From: Nitrospinota bacterium
Lineage (GTDB): Bacteria > UBA8248
NCBI GenBank assembly: GCA_030754595.1
Contig: JASLZZ010000043.1
Coordinates: 1-32,613, forward strand
Direction of reading: 5' to 3'
DNA: 32,613 nt
The notes under the pieces are model-generated. The model did no database searches. It worked only from the letters and a program-made list of their open reading frames with translations, and was not told where the DNA came from. The position numbers and the translations under genes were made by a program. The number at the start of each line of letters is the position of its first letter. Position 1 is the stretch's first letter. This document shows, piece by piece, positions 1 to 9,160 of this stretch.

Positions 1-84
1 ACCAGGATCGGAATGATGAACCTGGTCTACAACATGCGCCGCCTTGTCTGGTTGGCCAGAGACGGGATACCTGCGCGCGCATGA
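1..84 (+). CDS. IS5-family transposase, C-terminal end (gene starts before the window)
   Basis: Frame 1 reads TRIGMMNLVYNMRRLVWLARDGIPARA* (TGA 82-84), matching the typical IS5-family C-terminus 'IGMMNLVYNMRRL'. Not in the ORF track because it is 5'-partial. Confidence 0.8.
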   Translation, partial: TRIGMMNLVYNMRRLVWLARDGIPARA

Positions 85-216
85 GAAAAACCGGCCATCG
101 GGAGGCTCTTCGGAGTTCCGATGGCAGAAGATAAAATGGAAAATGGATATGAATTGTGGCTAAAATGCTGCGATAACACAGAATCGGGGGAAGTTAGGCG
201 GTTTTTAGAGGTTCCC
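1..216 (+). mobile_element. Right end of an IS5-family insertion sequence
   Basis: The transposase tail is followed by ...GGCGGTTTTTAGAGGTTCCC ending at 216, which resembles IS5-group terminal inverted repeats, then TTTA (possible target site). The left end is outside the window, so the IR pair cannot be confirmed. Confidence 0.65.
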
Positions 217-281
217 TTTATTCGCCGCCGGCGGCCAGACAGCCCAGCAGCGCATGCGCCATCCATCAGGGGATAATCTTC

Positions 282-677
282 ATGGCCCATATCAAACTGC
301 TCCAGCACTTCAGCATCTACTGCCGCGACCTTGAGCCGATGCACGATTTCTACGTCAACACTCTTGGGTTGCCCGAGCTGCCCCGGCCCGAGTTTCCCTT
401 CCCGGGCTACTGGCTCGAGACCGGCGCGGGCCACCATATCCACCTCTCGAAGCTCCGCGACGGCCACGTCACAAAATCCATCAGCGAAAACGAGGACACC
501 TACATGGACCACCACTTCGGCCTTCTCACCGACAACCTCCAGGGGATGAAGGAACGTCTTCGCGAGCGGGGGATTCCCTTCCACGACGAGCCCTATGGAT
601 ATCCGCAGATATTTTTCCGCGATCCCGAAAACAACCTTATCGAAATCGCATCGGCGGAAATGTTCGAGAAAAAATAG
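282..677 (+). CDS. VOC (glyoxalase/bleomycin resistance) family protein
   Basis: LQHFSIYCRDLEPMHDFY...HIHL...DHHFG...QIFFRDPENNLIEI motifs; 131 aa. Confidence 0.9.
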   Translation: MAHIKLLQHFSIYCRDLEPMHDFYVNTLGLPELPRPEFPFPGYWLETGAGHHIHLSKLRDGHVTKSISENEDTYMDHHFGLLTDNLQGMKERLRERGIPFHDEPYGYPQIFFRDPENNLIEIASAEMFEKK

Positions 678-704
678 GAAGATTTACCGAAAGGAGCGCT
701 CATC

Positions 705-1094
705 ATGACCGATCAGAGAATACGCGCCACCAATGCGACGAACGCACCGGGCCGCTACTCGCGAGCCGTCATCGCCGGCGGAGTCGTTTATATGGCGGGG
801 CAAACCGGTTTCGGGCTCGACGGCGAGCCGATTGCGCCCGGCGACCCTGCGGTCCAGGCGCGACAGGCTTGCGAGAACATCAAAAAACTCATCGCGGAGG
901 CCGGCGGCGATCTCTCCCACGTCGTCAAGCTCACGACCTATGTCACCGACCGCGCCCACCGAGAGCCCGTCTACGCTGTCATCGCCGAATACTTCGGCGA
1001 GCATGCCCCCGCATCGACCGGCCTCATCATCGACGGCATGGCCCATCCTCAAATGCTCATCGAAATCGACGCCACCGCCGTCCTTCCGGGATGA
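705..1094 (+). CDS. RidA/YjgF/YER057c/UK114 family protein
   Basis: YSRAV...VYMAGQ...VVKLTTYVTD...PASTG...LIEIDATAV motifs; AAGGAG RBS upstream. Confidence 0.9.
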   Translation: MTDQRIRATNATNAPGRYSRAVIAGGVVYMAGQTGFGLDGEPIAPGDPAVQARQACENIKKLIAEAGGDLSHVVKLTTYVTDRAHREPVYAVIAEYFGEHAPASTGLIIDGMAHPQMLIEIDATAVLPG

Positions 1095-1097
1095 GGG

Positions 1098-1550
1098 GTG
1101 AAAATCGGACCAGAATTCGATACGCCTAAAAACCTTCCCGCCTCGGGGATCTATCATCTCGTTCTTCATTTAAACAAAGATCGAAATATTTCGATCGGAG
1201 CACTCGGGCGGTTTTGGTTTCCGGCGGGCTACTACACCTATACGGGCCGAGCCATGAGAGGACTCCCGGCCCGTGTGGTCCGACACACCTGCCGCGACAA
1301 GCCGCTCCGGTGGCATATCGATTATTTTCGGCGGCACGCCAGATTCATCGGCGTCTGGGGGATTCCCTCCACGGACCCCGAAACCGAGGAACGACAGGCC
1401 CGGGCGCTTCTGTCGCTGGCGAGGGAGGCCGCGGGACCCTCCGCCCTCCCAGCCCCCGGTTTCGGGGCCTCGGACAGCCGCTGCCCGGCACATCTATTCT
1501 ATTGGGGGGACTCAGCTCCTCAGTTAAGGCCAATATCTTCAGACCATTAA
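1098..1550 (+). CDS. DUF123 / GIY-YIG-like nuclease superfamily protein
   Basis: GIYHLVL...IGALG...GYYTYTGRA...RWHIDY...GFGASDSRCPAHLF signature. Confidence 0.8.
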   Translation: MKIGPEFDTPKNLPASGIYHLVLHLNKDRNISIGALGRFWFPAGYYTYTGRAMRGLPARVVRHTCRDKPLRWHIDYFRRHARFIGVWGIPSTDPETEERQARALLSLAREAAGPSALPAPGFGASDSRCPAHLFYWGDSAPQLRPISSDH

Positions 1551-1636
1551 ACGCTATAATATCAGCGATAACAACTAGATATTCGAACATGCTCAAAAAA
1601 AGAAGATTAATTTTTCGGCAAAAGGCACACTGCCAC

Positions 1637-1667
1637 TTGAAAAATTTTTAGATGTGACTAATATTAT
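1637..1667 (+). promoter_or_regulatory. Putative sigma70 promoter overlapped by a DtxR/MntR-type operator (TTAG-N6-CTAA)
   Basis: TTGAAA (1637-1642) and an AT-rich -10 region (TAATAT/TATTAT, 1659-1667) flank the imperfect palindrome atttTTAG-atgtga-CTAAtatt, directly upstream of a DtxR-family gene. Confidence 0.5.
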
Positions 1668-1735
1668 TATTTGAGTGCTGACATTAGTGACACTTTCCAG
1701 AACCGAACCCCAGGGGGACTTAAGGGGATGCTCCA

Positions 1736-2770
1736 ATGGTCGATCCGTTCTATGCATTGCTCATCGCATGCGCCATTGCGTTTTTGGCCGTAGTTTTGTT
1801 CTGGCCAGTCCGGGGAATTATTTGGCCCTGGATAAGGGCGTTCCAAGCCTCCGAGCGAATCCGGATTGAAGACGCCCTGAAACATGCCTACGACTGCGAA
1901 TACCGGAAGATCCCCTGCACCCTGCAAAGTCTTTCGGGCGCCTTGAACATTTCGGGAAACCGCGCCGCCCATCTCCTGACCCGGCTCGAGCAAATGGAGT
2001 TGGTGAAATCGGCCGGCGGCGGCTACGAGGTCACATCCGAGGGGCGCAGCTATGCCCTTCGCGTCATCCGAATTCACCGCCTCCTCGAGCGCTACCTCTC
2101 GGACGAAACCAATATCGACCCGGCCGAGTGGCACGAAAAGGCGGAAGACCGCGAACACAACACCTCCCGGGAGGAGTCAGAGACGCTGGCCGCCCAGATG
2201 GGCCATCCGCGCTTCGACCCGCACGGAGACCCCATCCCAACGGCGCACGGCGATCTCCCCCCGCTCGAGGGAACGCCCCTGAACGAGCTTCTCGCCGGAA
2301 GACTGGCCGCCATCGTCCATGTGGAGGACGAACCCAAAGCTGTACACGCCCAACTCGTCGCCGAGGATTTGCATCCGGGCATGCGGGTGCGAGTGCTGGA
2401 GAGCGGACCTGATCGGGTGCGATTCGAGGCCGACGCTCAGGAATTTGTGCTCGCCCCGGTCGTCGCCGCCAACCTTTCGGTGCTCCCGCTTCCCGAGGGA
2501 CAGGAAATGGTGGGTCCTTTCGAAAATCTCTCCGGCCTCAAACCGGGAGAGCGGGCCGAAATCGCCGGCATCTCGTCCAACTGCCGGGGCACCCAGCGAC
2601 GGCGCATGCTCGACCTCGGAATTATTCCGGGCACCACGGTGGAGTGCGAGATGAATAGCCCCATTGGCGATCCCGTCGCCTACCGCATCAGGGGCGCCGT
2701 AATCGCCTTGAGGCGGGAGCAGGCCGAGATGATCCAGATTGCGGAACCTCAGGCAGGAGGCGTCTCATGA
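1736..2770 (+). CDS. DtxR/MntR-family metal-dependent regulator with an N-terminal TM helix and two FeoA (SH3-like) domains
   Basis: Hydrophobic N-terminus, IEDALK wHTH start, RIHRLLERYL, AEDREH, DPHGDPIP, then two FeoA-like repeats (LHPGMRVRVL; RRRMLDLGIIPGTTV...SPIGDPVAYRIRGAVIALRREQA). Confidence 0.88.
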   Translation: MVDPFYALLIACAIAFLAVVLFWPVRGIIWPWIRAFQASERIRIEDALKHAYDCEYRKIPCTLQSLSGALNISGNRAAHLLTRLEQMELVKSAGGGYEVTSEGRSYALRVIRIHRLLERYLSDETNIDPAEWHEKAEDREHNTSREESETLAAQMGHPRFDPHGDPIPTAHGDLPPLEGTPLNELLAGRLAAIVHVEDEPKAVHAQLVAEDLHPGMRVRVLESGPDRVRFEADAQEFVLAPVVAANLSVLPLPEGQEMVGPFENLSGLKPGERAEIAGISSNCRGTQRRRMLDLGIIPGTTVECEMNSPIGDPVAYRIRGAVIALRREQAEMIQIAEPQAGGVS

Positions 2771-5037
2771 CCAGTACCCTCCCGGCCGCCTGCGAGGTGT
2801 GCCCGGTTCACAACGCCGAGAATCTCATCAAGCTCGGTGTCGACATGGAGAGTTGGGACTTCGTCGTGGCGCTGGCCGGAAATCCGAATACAGGCAAAAG
2901 CACGGTTTTCAACGCCCTGACCGGCCTCCGCCAACATACCGGGAACTGGCCCGGAAAAACCGTGGCACGGGCGGAGGGCGGATACTCCTTCGGCGGCAAC
3001 CGTTTTAAGCTGGTGGACCTGCCGGGCACGTATTCTCTCCTCTCGACCAGCTTCGACGAGGAGATTGCCCGCGACTTCATACTCTTCGGCCAGCCGGACG
3101 TTACCGTCATCGTCGTGGACGCCAACCGGCTCGAGCGAAATCTCAATCTCGTCCTCCAGGTGCTCGAGATCACGGATCGCGCCGTTGTCTGCCTGAATCT
3201 GATGGACGAGGCGAAACGCCACGGGTTATCGGTGGACGAGCGCCGCCTGGCGAGGGACCTGGGGGTCCCGGTGGTGGCGACATCGGCCCGCTACGGCGAT
3301 GGACTCGACCGCCTCAATCAGACCATCGCCGAAGTGGCCACCGGCCAGACGATCTGCAAGCCAAGGCGGGTGGGAGGTCCTTCTTCTCCCCTGAAGGGTG
3401 CGGTGGACCGTCTCGCCGCGATGCTGAAAAACATCTTCCCCGATCTGCCCAACGAGCAATGGGTCGCCCTCCGCCTGCTGGACGGGGACGACCGGATAAC
3501 CGAAGCGATTCAAAGCGGCGAACTCGGGAACCTTCAAAGCCCGGCGGAAGTGATCGGCGGCGAAGCGGCTCCGCAAGCAGCCGCCCCTGCCCGGACAAAG
3601 AAATGGAGTAGCGCCGGGAGCAGAGAAATACTCTCCGAGGCCTCGACACTTCGGTGGCAGGTGGGCGCCGAGTTCCACCAATCGCTCATGGAAACCATTT
3701 ATGCCGAGTCCGCCCGCTTGGCCGACCGGGCCGCGACACGGGACGACCGGAAACCCCGTTTCGACTTGGACCGGACCATCGACCAGTTGGTGACCAGCCG
3801 TGCATTCGGGTTTCCGCTCATGGTTCTCGTGTTGACCGTGGTCCTTTGGCTCACCATCATCGGGGCCAATACACCCTCGGCCATGCTTGCCACCCTGCTC
3901 CTTGAAAACATTCATCCCATGCTCAAGAGCGGAGCAGCGGCCCTGGGCGTTCCCTGGTGGCTCGACGGGCTTCTGATCGACGGAATGTACCTGGGGACAG
4001 CCTGGGTGATAGCCGTCATGCTTCCGCCGATGGCAATCTTTTTTCCGCTCTTCACCCTTCTCGAGGATTTCGGTTATCTACCGCGCGTGGCCTTCAACCT
4101 CGACAGCTTATTCATGCGGGCGGGGGCCCACGGCAAGCAGTCGCTGACGATGGCGATGGGCTTTGGCTGCAACGCCGCCGGAGTCATCGCGACGCGAATT
4201 ATCGAAAGCCCCCGGGAGCGGCTGATCGCCATCATCACAAACAACTTCGCCCTGTGTAACGGACGTTGGCCGACACAGATCATGATCGCGTCGATCTTCG
4301 TCGGCGGCCTGGTGCCGGCCCATCTGGCCGGGTTGATCTCGGCGCTGACGGTGGTGGCGGTGGCCCTGCTGGGCGTATTTTTCACCTTCACCGTATCGTG
4401 GCTACTCTCAAGAACCGTGCTGCGCGGTGAGGTTTCGACCTTCAGCCTCGAGCTTCCGCCCTACCGGCCGCCGCGCGTCCTTCGGACGATTTACACCTCG
4501 CTCATCGACCGCACGATTCTCGTTTTGTGGCGGGCGGTGATATTCGCCCTTCCGGCCGGAGCTGTCCTCTGGCTCATCTCGAATATCCCAATAGGAAGTT
4601 TAAGCATCGCCGAGCACCTGATCGCATGGCTCGATCCCTTCGGAATGCTGATTGGACTCAGCGGTTTGATTCTACTGGCCTATATCGTCGCTATTCCGGC
4701 CAACGAAATCGTCGTTCCCACAATCCTGATGTTGACCGTGTTGGCGGGAGGTATGACGGGCTTGGGAGAGGGGTCCGGCGTGATGTTCGAGCTCGATTCC
4801 GAGTCGGCCACCTCGCAGCTTTTGAGGGCAGGCGGATGGAATTTACTGATCGCGGTTAATGTCCTGCTTTTCAGCCTCGTCCATAACCCCTGCTCGACGA
4901 CCATATACACGATTTGGAAAGAGACGCGGAGCGGAAAATGGACGGCTGTCGCCTCTCTCTTTCCGGTGGTGATGGGCTTTTTACTTTGCTTCCTGGTGGC
5001 CCAGGTTTGGCGCATTGCCGCCGGAGGCGCCTACTAA
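2767..5037 (+). CDS. feoB: Ferrous iron / manganese transporter FeoB
   Basis: GNPNTGKS (G1), GNWPGKTV (G2), DLPGTYS (G3), NLMDEA (G4), LEDFGYLPR, MGFGCNA, ELPPYRPP; ATGA overlap with the upstream regulator. Confidence 0.95.
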   Translation: MTSTLPAACEVCPVHNAENLIKLGVDMESWDFVVALAGNPNTGKSTVFNALTGLRQHTGNWPGKTVARAEGGYSFGGNRFKLVDLPGTYSLLSTSFDEEIARDFILFGQPDVTVIVVDANRLERNLNLVLQVLEITDRAVVCLNLMDEAKRHGLSVDERRLARDLGVPVVATSARYGDGLDRLNQTIAEVATGQTICKPRRVGGPSSPLKGAVDRLAAMLKNIFPDLPNEQWVALRLLDGDDRITEAIQSGELGNLQSPAEVIGGEAAPQAAAPARTKKWSSAGSREILSEASTLRWQVGAEFHQSLMETIYAESARLADRAATRDDRKPRFDLDRTIDQLVTSRAFGFPLMVLVLTVVLWLTIIGANTPSAMLATLLLENIHPMLKSGAAALGVPWWLDGLLIDGMYLGTAWVIAVMLPPMAIFFPLFTLLEDFGYLPRVAFNLDSLFMRAGAHGKQSLTMAMGFGCNAAGVIATRIIESPRERLIAIITNNFALCNGRWPTQIMIASIFVGGLVPAHLAGLISALTVVAVALLGVFFTFTVSWLLSRTVLRGEVSTFSLELPPYRPPRVLRTIYTSLIDRTILVLWRAVIFALPAGAVLWLISNIPIGSLSIAEHLIAWLDPFGMLIGLSGLILLAYIVAIPANEIVVPTILMLTVLAGGMTGLGEGSGVMFELDSESATSQLLRAGGWNLLIAVNVLLFSLVHNPCSTTIYTIWKETRSGKWTAVASLFPVVMGFLLCFLVAQVWRIAAGGAY

Positions 5038-5145
5038 CCTTCTCTTCGCCTGTATTAGACAAAGGTGTGACGCGCTCCTGAGTTCCAAGGAATATTCCTT
5101 CATCCCAAAAATCCTGGCTACCTCCGCGATGGCGCTGCTCCGCGA

Positions 5146-5940
5146 TTAGGCCTCTGCCGGATTCCTGCAGACGAACAGATAGCGGTTCAGGCTGAAAAAG
5201 TATTTTCCCTCGCGGCCGAGTTCCTCGAGCTCACCCGCCCAGGCCTTCACCTCCTGCTTGGGGAGGTCTCCGTAGCGGATTACGAAGGGAACGATGATAT
5301 TCAGCATGCGGCAGCTATAACACTCCGGATCGTACTCGGCGTTTAAAAACGGAAAAACGTCGCGGCGCTCGACCTCGAAACCCGCCCCGCGAAGCCGGGC
5401 CGACAGCGTTCGCGGCAGGTGGGGGTCGGCGAGGTGTGAGTCCCATGCCTTGAGGATACGCGCCGCCCGCTCCCCGTCCCTGGCACTCCAGACGAGCGAG
5501 TCCCAGTCCGTGTCGAGGATGACGGCGCGCCCTCCGGGCCGAAGGACGCGGCGAAGCTCCGAGAGGGCGGCGGCGATGTCGGCGACGTATTCATAGACCT
5601 GGGTGATGACGGCAGCGTCGAACTCGCCCTCGTCCGCCGGAAGCGCCAGCGCATCACCCTCACTAAGGGCGACCTGCTTAAGGCCGGCGCATCGCTTACG
5701 TGCAAGGTCGATCATCGCCTCGCTCGGGTCCACCCCCACCGCCCTCCCCGCGGGTCCCACGGCCCCGGCGATGTCGCGAAGGACATAGCCGGGCCCCGAA
5801 CCGATGTCTATTATCCGCTCTCCGGGACTAGCGCCGAGTGCATTCATGACAAAATTTCGCTGGTCCTCCTCGTCGACTGAGGAGTAAACATCCTCGACGC
5901 GGCGGGCTGTTTTTTCATCGAATTTCGGAGGCTGGTTCAA
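5146..5940 (-). CDS. Class I SAM-dependent methyltransferase (UbiE/type 11-like)
   Basis: IIDIGSGPG motif I, VGVDPS, EGDALALP, FDAAV, RRVLRPGG; TTG start with a purine-rich RBS. Confidence 0.88.
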   Translation of the reverse strand: MNQPPKFDEKTARRVEDVYSSVDEEDQRNFVMNALGASPGERIIDIGSGPGYVLRDIAGAVGPAGRAVGVDPSEAMIDLARKRCAGLKQVALSEGDALALPADEGEFDAAVITQVYEYVADIAAALSELRRVLRPGGRAVILDTDWDSLVWSARDGERAARILKAWDSHLADPHLPRTLSARLRGAGFEVERRDVFPFLNAEYDPECYSCRMLNIIVPFVIRYGDLPKQEVKAWAGELEELGREGKYFFSLNRYLFVCRNPAEA

Positions 5941-5972
5941 AATTCCTCTTCCCCCGGGGTTTGGGAGGTTCG

Positions 5973-6001
5973 TTGAGCTTTACACTCTCTAGGCGTATAA
6001 G
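5973..6001 (+). promoter_or_regulatory. Putative sigma70 promoter for the MFS pair
   Basis: TTGAGC-N17-TATAAG, about 48 nt before ATG 6049. Confidence 0.4.
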
Positions 6002-6048
6002 GTCGTTTCCGCATCGCGGCACTTTTCCCTCCGAAAGGATCATCTTGG

Positions 6049-7248
6049 ATGGATTCAGCAAAAAAAATCAACATCGCCACCATTGCCGCGAGCCACGGCG
6101 TCAACTCGTTCTATATTTTTTTCCTTATCCCGATCCTGCCCATCATCGCCGAGGATTTCGGCCTGAACTACGTAGAGGTCGGTCTGATCGCCTCGGTCTA
6201 TGCTTTCGCCAACGGCGTGTTCCAGCTTCCCATCTCCTTCCTGGGCGATTATTTCGGGCGGTGGCGAACGGTCCTGGTGATATCGCTCCTGGTGCAGGCC
6301 GTCCCGGTCTTTCTCTACGGACTGGCGCCGAGCTATGGGGTGTTTCTGGCCTTCGTCTTCTTTAGCGGGCTGGGCTGCTCGGCCTATCATCCCCCATCGA
6401 TCTCTCTCATCACGCGCGAGATGCCCGACCGCCGCGGGTTCATCATGGGAATTTTCGCCGGAGGCGGCGACGTCGGCAGCATACTCACCCCCGTCATCGT
6501 CGGGTGGATTACCGTCTACCTCGCGAGCTGGCGACTGGCCGCCCACTGGGCGCTGCTTCCGGGCGTCATCATGGCGCTTCTCGTCTGGCGCCGCTTCGAG
6601 GACATCTCACGCGACGACCGCCCCATGAAACAGGCCGCCCGCGCGACCCTCAGCGCCCTGGCGCGAAACCGGTCTCTGATGCTTCTGGTCCTTCTCTCCA
6701 CTTTTCGAATTACGGGTTTTCGGGGCTTGATGGTATTTCTCCCCCTCCTTCTCGCCCAAAATTTCGGATTCGGCACCCAGAGCGTCGGATGGGCGCTGTC
6801 CTCCTACTTCATCGTGGGCACAGTAATGACGGTCATCATCGGCCGCTGGTCGGACAAGGGAAGCAAAACCATGTACATCACCGTCATGACTTTTCTCTGC
6901 GGCCTGGCACTGGCCTCCATCTCGGCGGCGACGACAACCGCAGGAGTGTTGGCTGCCATTCTCGCCGTCGGGGTCCTCCTCACGCCGGTGCCCAGCCTAG
7001 TCCTAGCGGTAGGGACTGAACTCGTAGAAGAGAGGCAGCGTGCGAGCGCCATCGGTCTCGTCTATGCCGTCAACGAGGGAGCGAGCACCATTTCGCCGCT
7101 TATCGGGGGATTAGTGGCCGAGGCCGTCAGCCTCCAGTTCTCTTTTCTTTTCTATGCTTTCCTTTTCGGAGCATCGACTTTAATCGCCATTGTTCTTCAC
7201 CGGGTGGCCAAGAGCCACACCCCGCCCGCCGCGGAGGGCTCCACATGA
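6049..7248 (+). CDS. MFS transporter (Fsr-like)
   Basis: About 12 hydrophobic segments, motif A-like LGDYFGRWR, SAYHPP; 399 aa. Confidence 0.9.
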   Translation: MDSAKKINIATIAASHGVNSFYIFFLIPILPIIAEDFGLNYVEVGLIASVYAFANGVFQLPISFLGDYFGRWRTVLVISLLVQAVPVFLYGLAPSYGVFLAFVFFSGLGCSAYHPPSISLITREMPDRRGFIMGIFAGGGDVGSILTPVIVGWITVYLASWRLAAHWALLPGVIMALLVWRRFEDISRDDRPMKQAARATLSALARNRSLMLLVLLSTFRITGFRGLMVFLPLLLAQNFGFGTQSVGWALSSYFIVGTVMTVIIGRWSDKGSKTMYITVMTFLCGLALASISAATTTAGVLAAILAVGVLLTPVPSLVLAVGTELVEERQRASAIGLVYAVNEGASTISPLIGGLVAEAVSLQFSFLFYAFLFGASTLIAIVLHRVAKSHTPPAAEGST

Positions 7249-8423
7249 GCGGGGCGATGGCCGGCGCCGCCCGGCACGCACCCTGGGGCTCCATCGGACT
7301 TTTGTTCCTTGCCCACTTCGTCGTGGACAGCCAGGTAAGCTTTCTCGCTCCCCTGCTTCCCCTTTTGAGCCAGAAATTCAGCCTCTCCCTCGGGACGGCG
7401 GGAGTCCTGGTCAGCCTCCTCTCCTTCTTCGTCGCGGGAAGCCAGCCGCTGACAGCCATCGTGACCGACCGGTGGCCCCAGCTTCCCTGGCTCGCCATCG
7501 GCCTCATCGGCAGTTCGCTCTTTCTGACGGCCGTGGGATGGCTCCCCACCTATGCCGCTGTGGCGACCGCGATCCCCATCGGAGGGGTTCTCGCAGGGCT
7601 CGCTCATCCCGACATGGCATCGCGGGCGGGCGCCCTTAGCAACCAGCACCGCAGTCTCTCCGTCAGCTTTTTCGTTGCGGGGGGAAGACTCGGCTTCGCA
7701 TTTGGCCCCCTCATCGCACTCTTTATCGTGAAATGGTGGGGCATGGAGTGGCTCTGGATATACATCCTGGTCAACGTGGTCGCCGTTACGGGAATTCTCC
7801 GAGGTCTCCCGAAACCCAAGGCGGCCAGCGGCGAAAGCAAATCCATTTTCCGCGGACTCGGCGCGGCGCTCATGGCGGCCCGGTATCCCTTGTCGATTCT
7901 CTTGGGCGTCACGGTGTCGCGGGCGATTGTGACCGTCAATATGCAGGGCCTCTTGCCCACGCTTTACGTCGAAAGGGGCCTGGGCCTCTGGCAGGGTGGA
8001 ATCGCGAATTCAGTTTTGCTGGTTTTCGGGATGGCGGGGGTGATGGCCGGTGGAGCGCTCGCCGACAGGTTCGGCAAAAAGAGGCTGATTGCGTGGGGAG
8101 TTGTCATTAGCTTCATTAGCCTAATCGGTTTTCTCTGGTCAATATCCGCCCTGGCCATAGTTTTCATCGCCCTTCTAGGCTTCGGCCTATACCTGCCCAT
8201 GGGGGTCGGTATGGCTCTTGCCCAGGAGTTCTTGCCCGATCATCGTGGTTTCGCCAGCTCTCTCACCTTGGGCGTTTCGTGGGGGCTGGCGAGTTTTTCC
8301 GTCATTCCTATCTCATGGATGGCCGAGAAAATTAGCCTCCTGCAGACTTTCAAGGTGCTACCGGTCGCCTTGGTCGCCGGTCTGGTGTTCGCCTATTTCC
8401 TTCCGGAGGAGGAGAAAAAATAA
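7245..8423 (+). CDS. MFS transporter (Fsr-like)
   Basis: AHFVVD, AHPD, GGRLGFAFGPL, ALADRFGKKR; ATGA overlap with the preceding MFS gene. Confidence 0.9.
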   Translation: MSGAMAGAARHAPWGSIGLLFLAHFVVDSQVSFLAPLLPLLSQKFSLSLGTAGVLVSLLSFFVAGSQPLTAIVTDRWPQLPWLAIGLIGSSLFLTAVGWLPTYAAVATAIPIGGVLAGLAHPDMASRAGALSNQHRSLSVSFFVAGGRLGFAFGPLIALFIVKWWGMEWLWIYILVNVVAVTGILRGLPKPKAASGESKSIFRGLGAALMAARYPLSILLGVTVSRAIVTVNMQGLLPTLYVERGLGLWQGGIANSVLLVFGMAGVMAGGALADRFGKKRLIAWGVVISFISLIGFLWSISALAIVFIALLGFGLYLPMGVGMALAQEFLPDHRGFASSLTLGVSWGLASFSVIPISWMAEKISLLQTFKVLPVALVAGLVFAYFLPEEEKK

Positions 8424-8465
8424 GTGCGGGCCTCCCATGGGGCTTTAGGGACCGCCTCCGAGCAA

Positions 8466-8503
8466 AAGAAACCGCGGCCCACCGAAAGGGGACCGCGATT
8501 TTT
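8466..8503. terminator. Probable bidirectional intrinsic terminator between convergent genes
   Basis: Hairpin cgcgg-cccaccgaaagggga-ccgcg with an A-tract upstream and ATTTTT downstream. Confidence 0.55.
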
Positions 8504-8515
8504 AACATTTAGAAT

Positions 8516-9160
8516 CTAGGCGCCCACACCCGCCCCCTGCTCGGCGAGCAACTCGGCGAGCAATAAATCGATCCGAGGCTTCTCGGTCCAATCCGCCTTA
8601 TAAGCGATCTTTCCCTCTTTATCGATGATGAACACCATGTTCGGCATCCGGCCATAGGCCTCTACCGTCGTCTCCTCCAAATCATCCACCAGAACGGGAA
8701 CCTTCATCCCGAACGATTCGACGAGCTCCGTCGCATAGCCGAGCTTGTGTTCGTAGGAGGTGTGCTGCATGTACTTCTTGAAATACCTCCGCTCGCCCGC
8801 ATGAGGCTCCTTCGAGTAGATGACGAAAAACTCAACATCCTTGTCCTTGTATTTCTTGTGGAGCTCTTCCATGCCCGGCACCTGCCGGCGGAAGGGAGGT
8901 CACGTGATGGCGCCGAATTCGATGACGACGTTCTTCTTCCCGACAAAATCGGCGGAATTCACCTCGGAGCCTTCGGTGGTCTTGAGGATGAACGAGGGAG
9001 CGTCGTCGCCGGGCTGGAGCAGCTCCTGAAACGCCTTGTGGCGAACTTTCCTAAAACCGCCAAGTTCGCGTTTGATTACCCGGATGGGATCGAGGTACCA
9101 GATACTCCACAGCCCTCCAAGAGGGCCGGGCGGCCTGCCGAAATGTTCCTTTTTCTGCAT
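8516..9160 (-). CDS. Iodothyronine-deiodinase-like thioredoxin-fold selenoprotein (Sec at UGA 8902-8900)
   Basis: ORF-track pieces 8900..9241 and 8516..8881 are in one frame: PGDDAPSF...VVIEFGAIT-UGA-PPFRRQV...FFVIYSKEPH...YGRMPNMVFIIDKEGKIAY, matching the deiodinase motif FGSxT-U-PPF...IYxxEAH. ATG 9160 has an AAGGAG RBS; 214 aa. Confidence 0.88.
8866..8899 (-). promoter_or_regulatory. Candidate bacterial SECIS hairpin
   Basis: After the UGA: cctcc-CTTCC-g-CCGGC-aggt-GCCGG-gcat-GGAAG; the loop starts 16 nt after the UGA. Confidence 0.7.

Noticed and set aside
1092..1100. The RidA stop TGA is in frame with the DUF123 gene (TGA-GGG-GTG), suggesting a fourth readthrough
   Set aside because: RidA is complete at its normal C-terminus, the position is not a Cys site, and no SECIS-like hairpin follows.
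8455..8503. GCAAAA...CCGAAAGG resembling a c-di-GMP-I riboswitch
   Set aside because: It lacks the second stem and lies between convergent 3' ends; a terminator explains it better.
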